A stretch of 64,000 nucleotides of DNA from Octopus sinensis (Eukaryota), in the NCBI RefSeq assembly GCF_006345805.1, contig NC_042997.1, positions 88,226,001 to 88,290,000 of the forward strand, written 5' to 3'. The notes under the pieces are model-generated. The model was not told where the DNA came from, searched no databases, and saw nothing but the letters and a program-made list of their open reading frames with translations. A program made the position numbers and the translations under genes. Shown in pieces: positions 63,071-64,000 of the stretch (the stretch's first letter is position 1; every line of letters starts with the position of its first letter).

Positions 63071-64000
63071 CGATGAATGAGATTAAATACTACATAGAAT
63101 TGATTCAGGCAAATTCACTGCACTTAGAAATTTCCTAATAACAATAATACACCTTTCAAAAACCATAGCATGATAATAAAAAAAACAAAGTCAGGAGGTA
63201 ATGTACTGGATGTTGTATGCAAAAAAATAAATCGTAATTAATTGAAATGTTTCTTATAGTTAGAAAAGCAAAACAAGAACCAAATAGTAATTGCTAGTGA
63301 GTGTAAAAGAAAATAGGAGATAATGACAAGAAATTAAAAATTGATTCTTGAAGTTAATTTATATGTTTTGTTGAGAAGGAAAGTTTGATCTTTGTTTACC
63401 TGCAAGGAACAACTATGAACATGTTTCAGTATATTAGGCTTCATCAGCACAGATTAGTCTACTCAAGCCTGCTTGATCAGTTGACTAAGATTTTTACATA
63501 GTATGATAGTATAATGGTAAATCCTAGGCAAGCTGAGTTTCACACTAATTCATTTCACAGCTGAGTCTCTTTATTCTTCAAACCTTCAATTTCATGCCAT
63601 AAAAAATGCCTGAATAAAGACAGATTCTACCATACTAACTTTTTCACAATACACTTGATGAAAGTGTAGCCTCTTGTAGCAACTCAGTGACCCATTAAGG
63701 ATTATAGAACACTTGGAAAATGTGAAAAAATATATATATTAGGGAAAGAGGCAGTATTAATACTGAGAGGTAATATTTATCCCCACTTAAACATGGATGT
63801 TCTATTAGAACAAACTATACTAATAGAGCTACCATGAGAGAAGCTCTCATATGGGCTTTTTGATGCAAAATGCATTCTTGTTTATATCACTAGCAAAGAG
63901 ATAAATCACCACTACCCCCAACACCAAGACCACCAGTTCACATGGTTTTGACCTTCTTTGGTCTTGTCAATGATGTCAATGAAAAATACATCCTTTAGTC

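Noticed and set aside
54383-64000. Searched for the next CNGB exon (S1: ..Y..WL..V..A..YN.W.IP)
   Set aside because: I found no phase-1 acceptor with such a frame; it probably lies beyond the window.

Overview
Strongly AT-rich, repeat-dense animal genomic DNA. The repeat landscape (tRNA-headed SINEs, RTE LINEs with ATG-repeat tails, long microsatellites) most resembles an octopus/coleoid cephalopod genome; this is inferred from recalled repeat families, not from a search. The only host coding sequence I can support is two + strand exons (29921-30081 and 54185-54382) separated by a 24.1-kb GT-AG intron. They splice in frame to give the region just before the first transmembrane helix of a cyclic nucleotide-gated channel beta subunit (CNGB1/CNGB3/TAX-2 type). 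The rest is intronic or flanking DNA containing three mariner transposons of different types, five decayed RTE LINE fragments, a decayed Jockey/I-like RT, several SINE families, MITEs, a probable non-autonomous Helitron and a 2.2-kb (TA)n array. Three items stand out. (i) A 316-bp 28S rRNA retro-fragment sits inside a SINE with a 5-bp target duplication, and its 5' end lies just upstream of the conserved motif that follows the protostome 28S hidden break. (ii) Two separate inverted-repeat structures (24097-24270 and 26020-26620) each carry a minimal hammerhead-ribozyme-like motif on the gene's sense strand, suggesting Penelope-like or retrozyme terminal remnants. (iii) The CNGB exons show a calmodulin-site counterpart, a NAGNAG acceptor and a Cys cluster. 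There are no prokaryotic features, and most ORFs in the supplied track are spurious.
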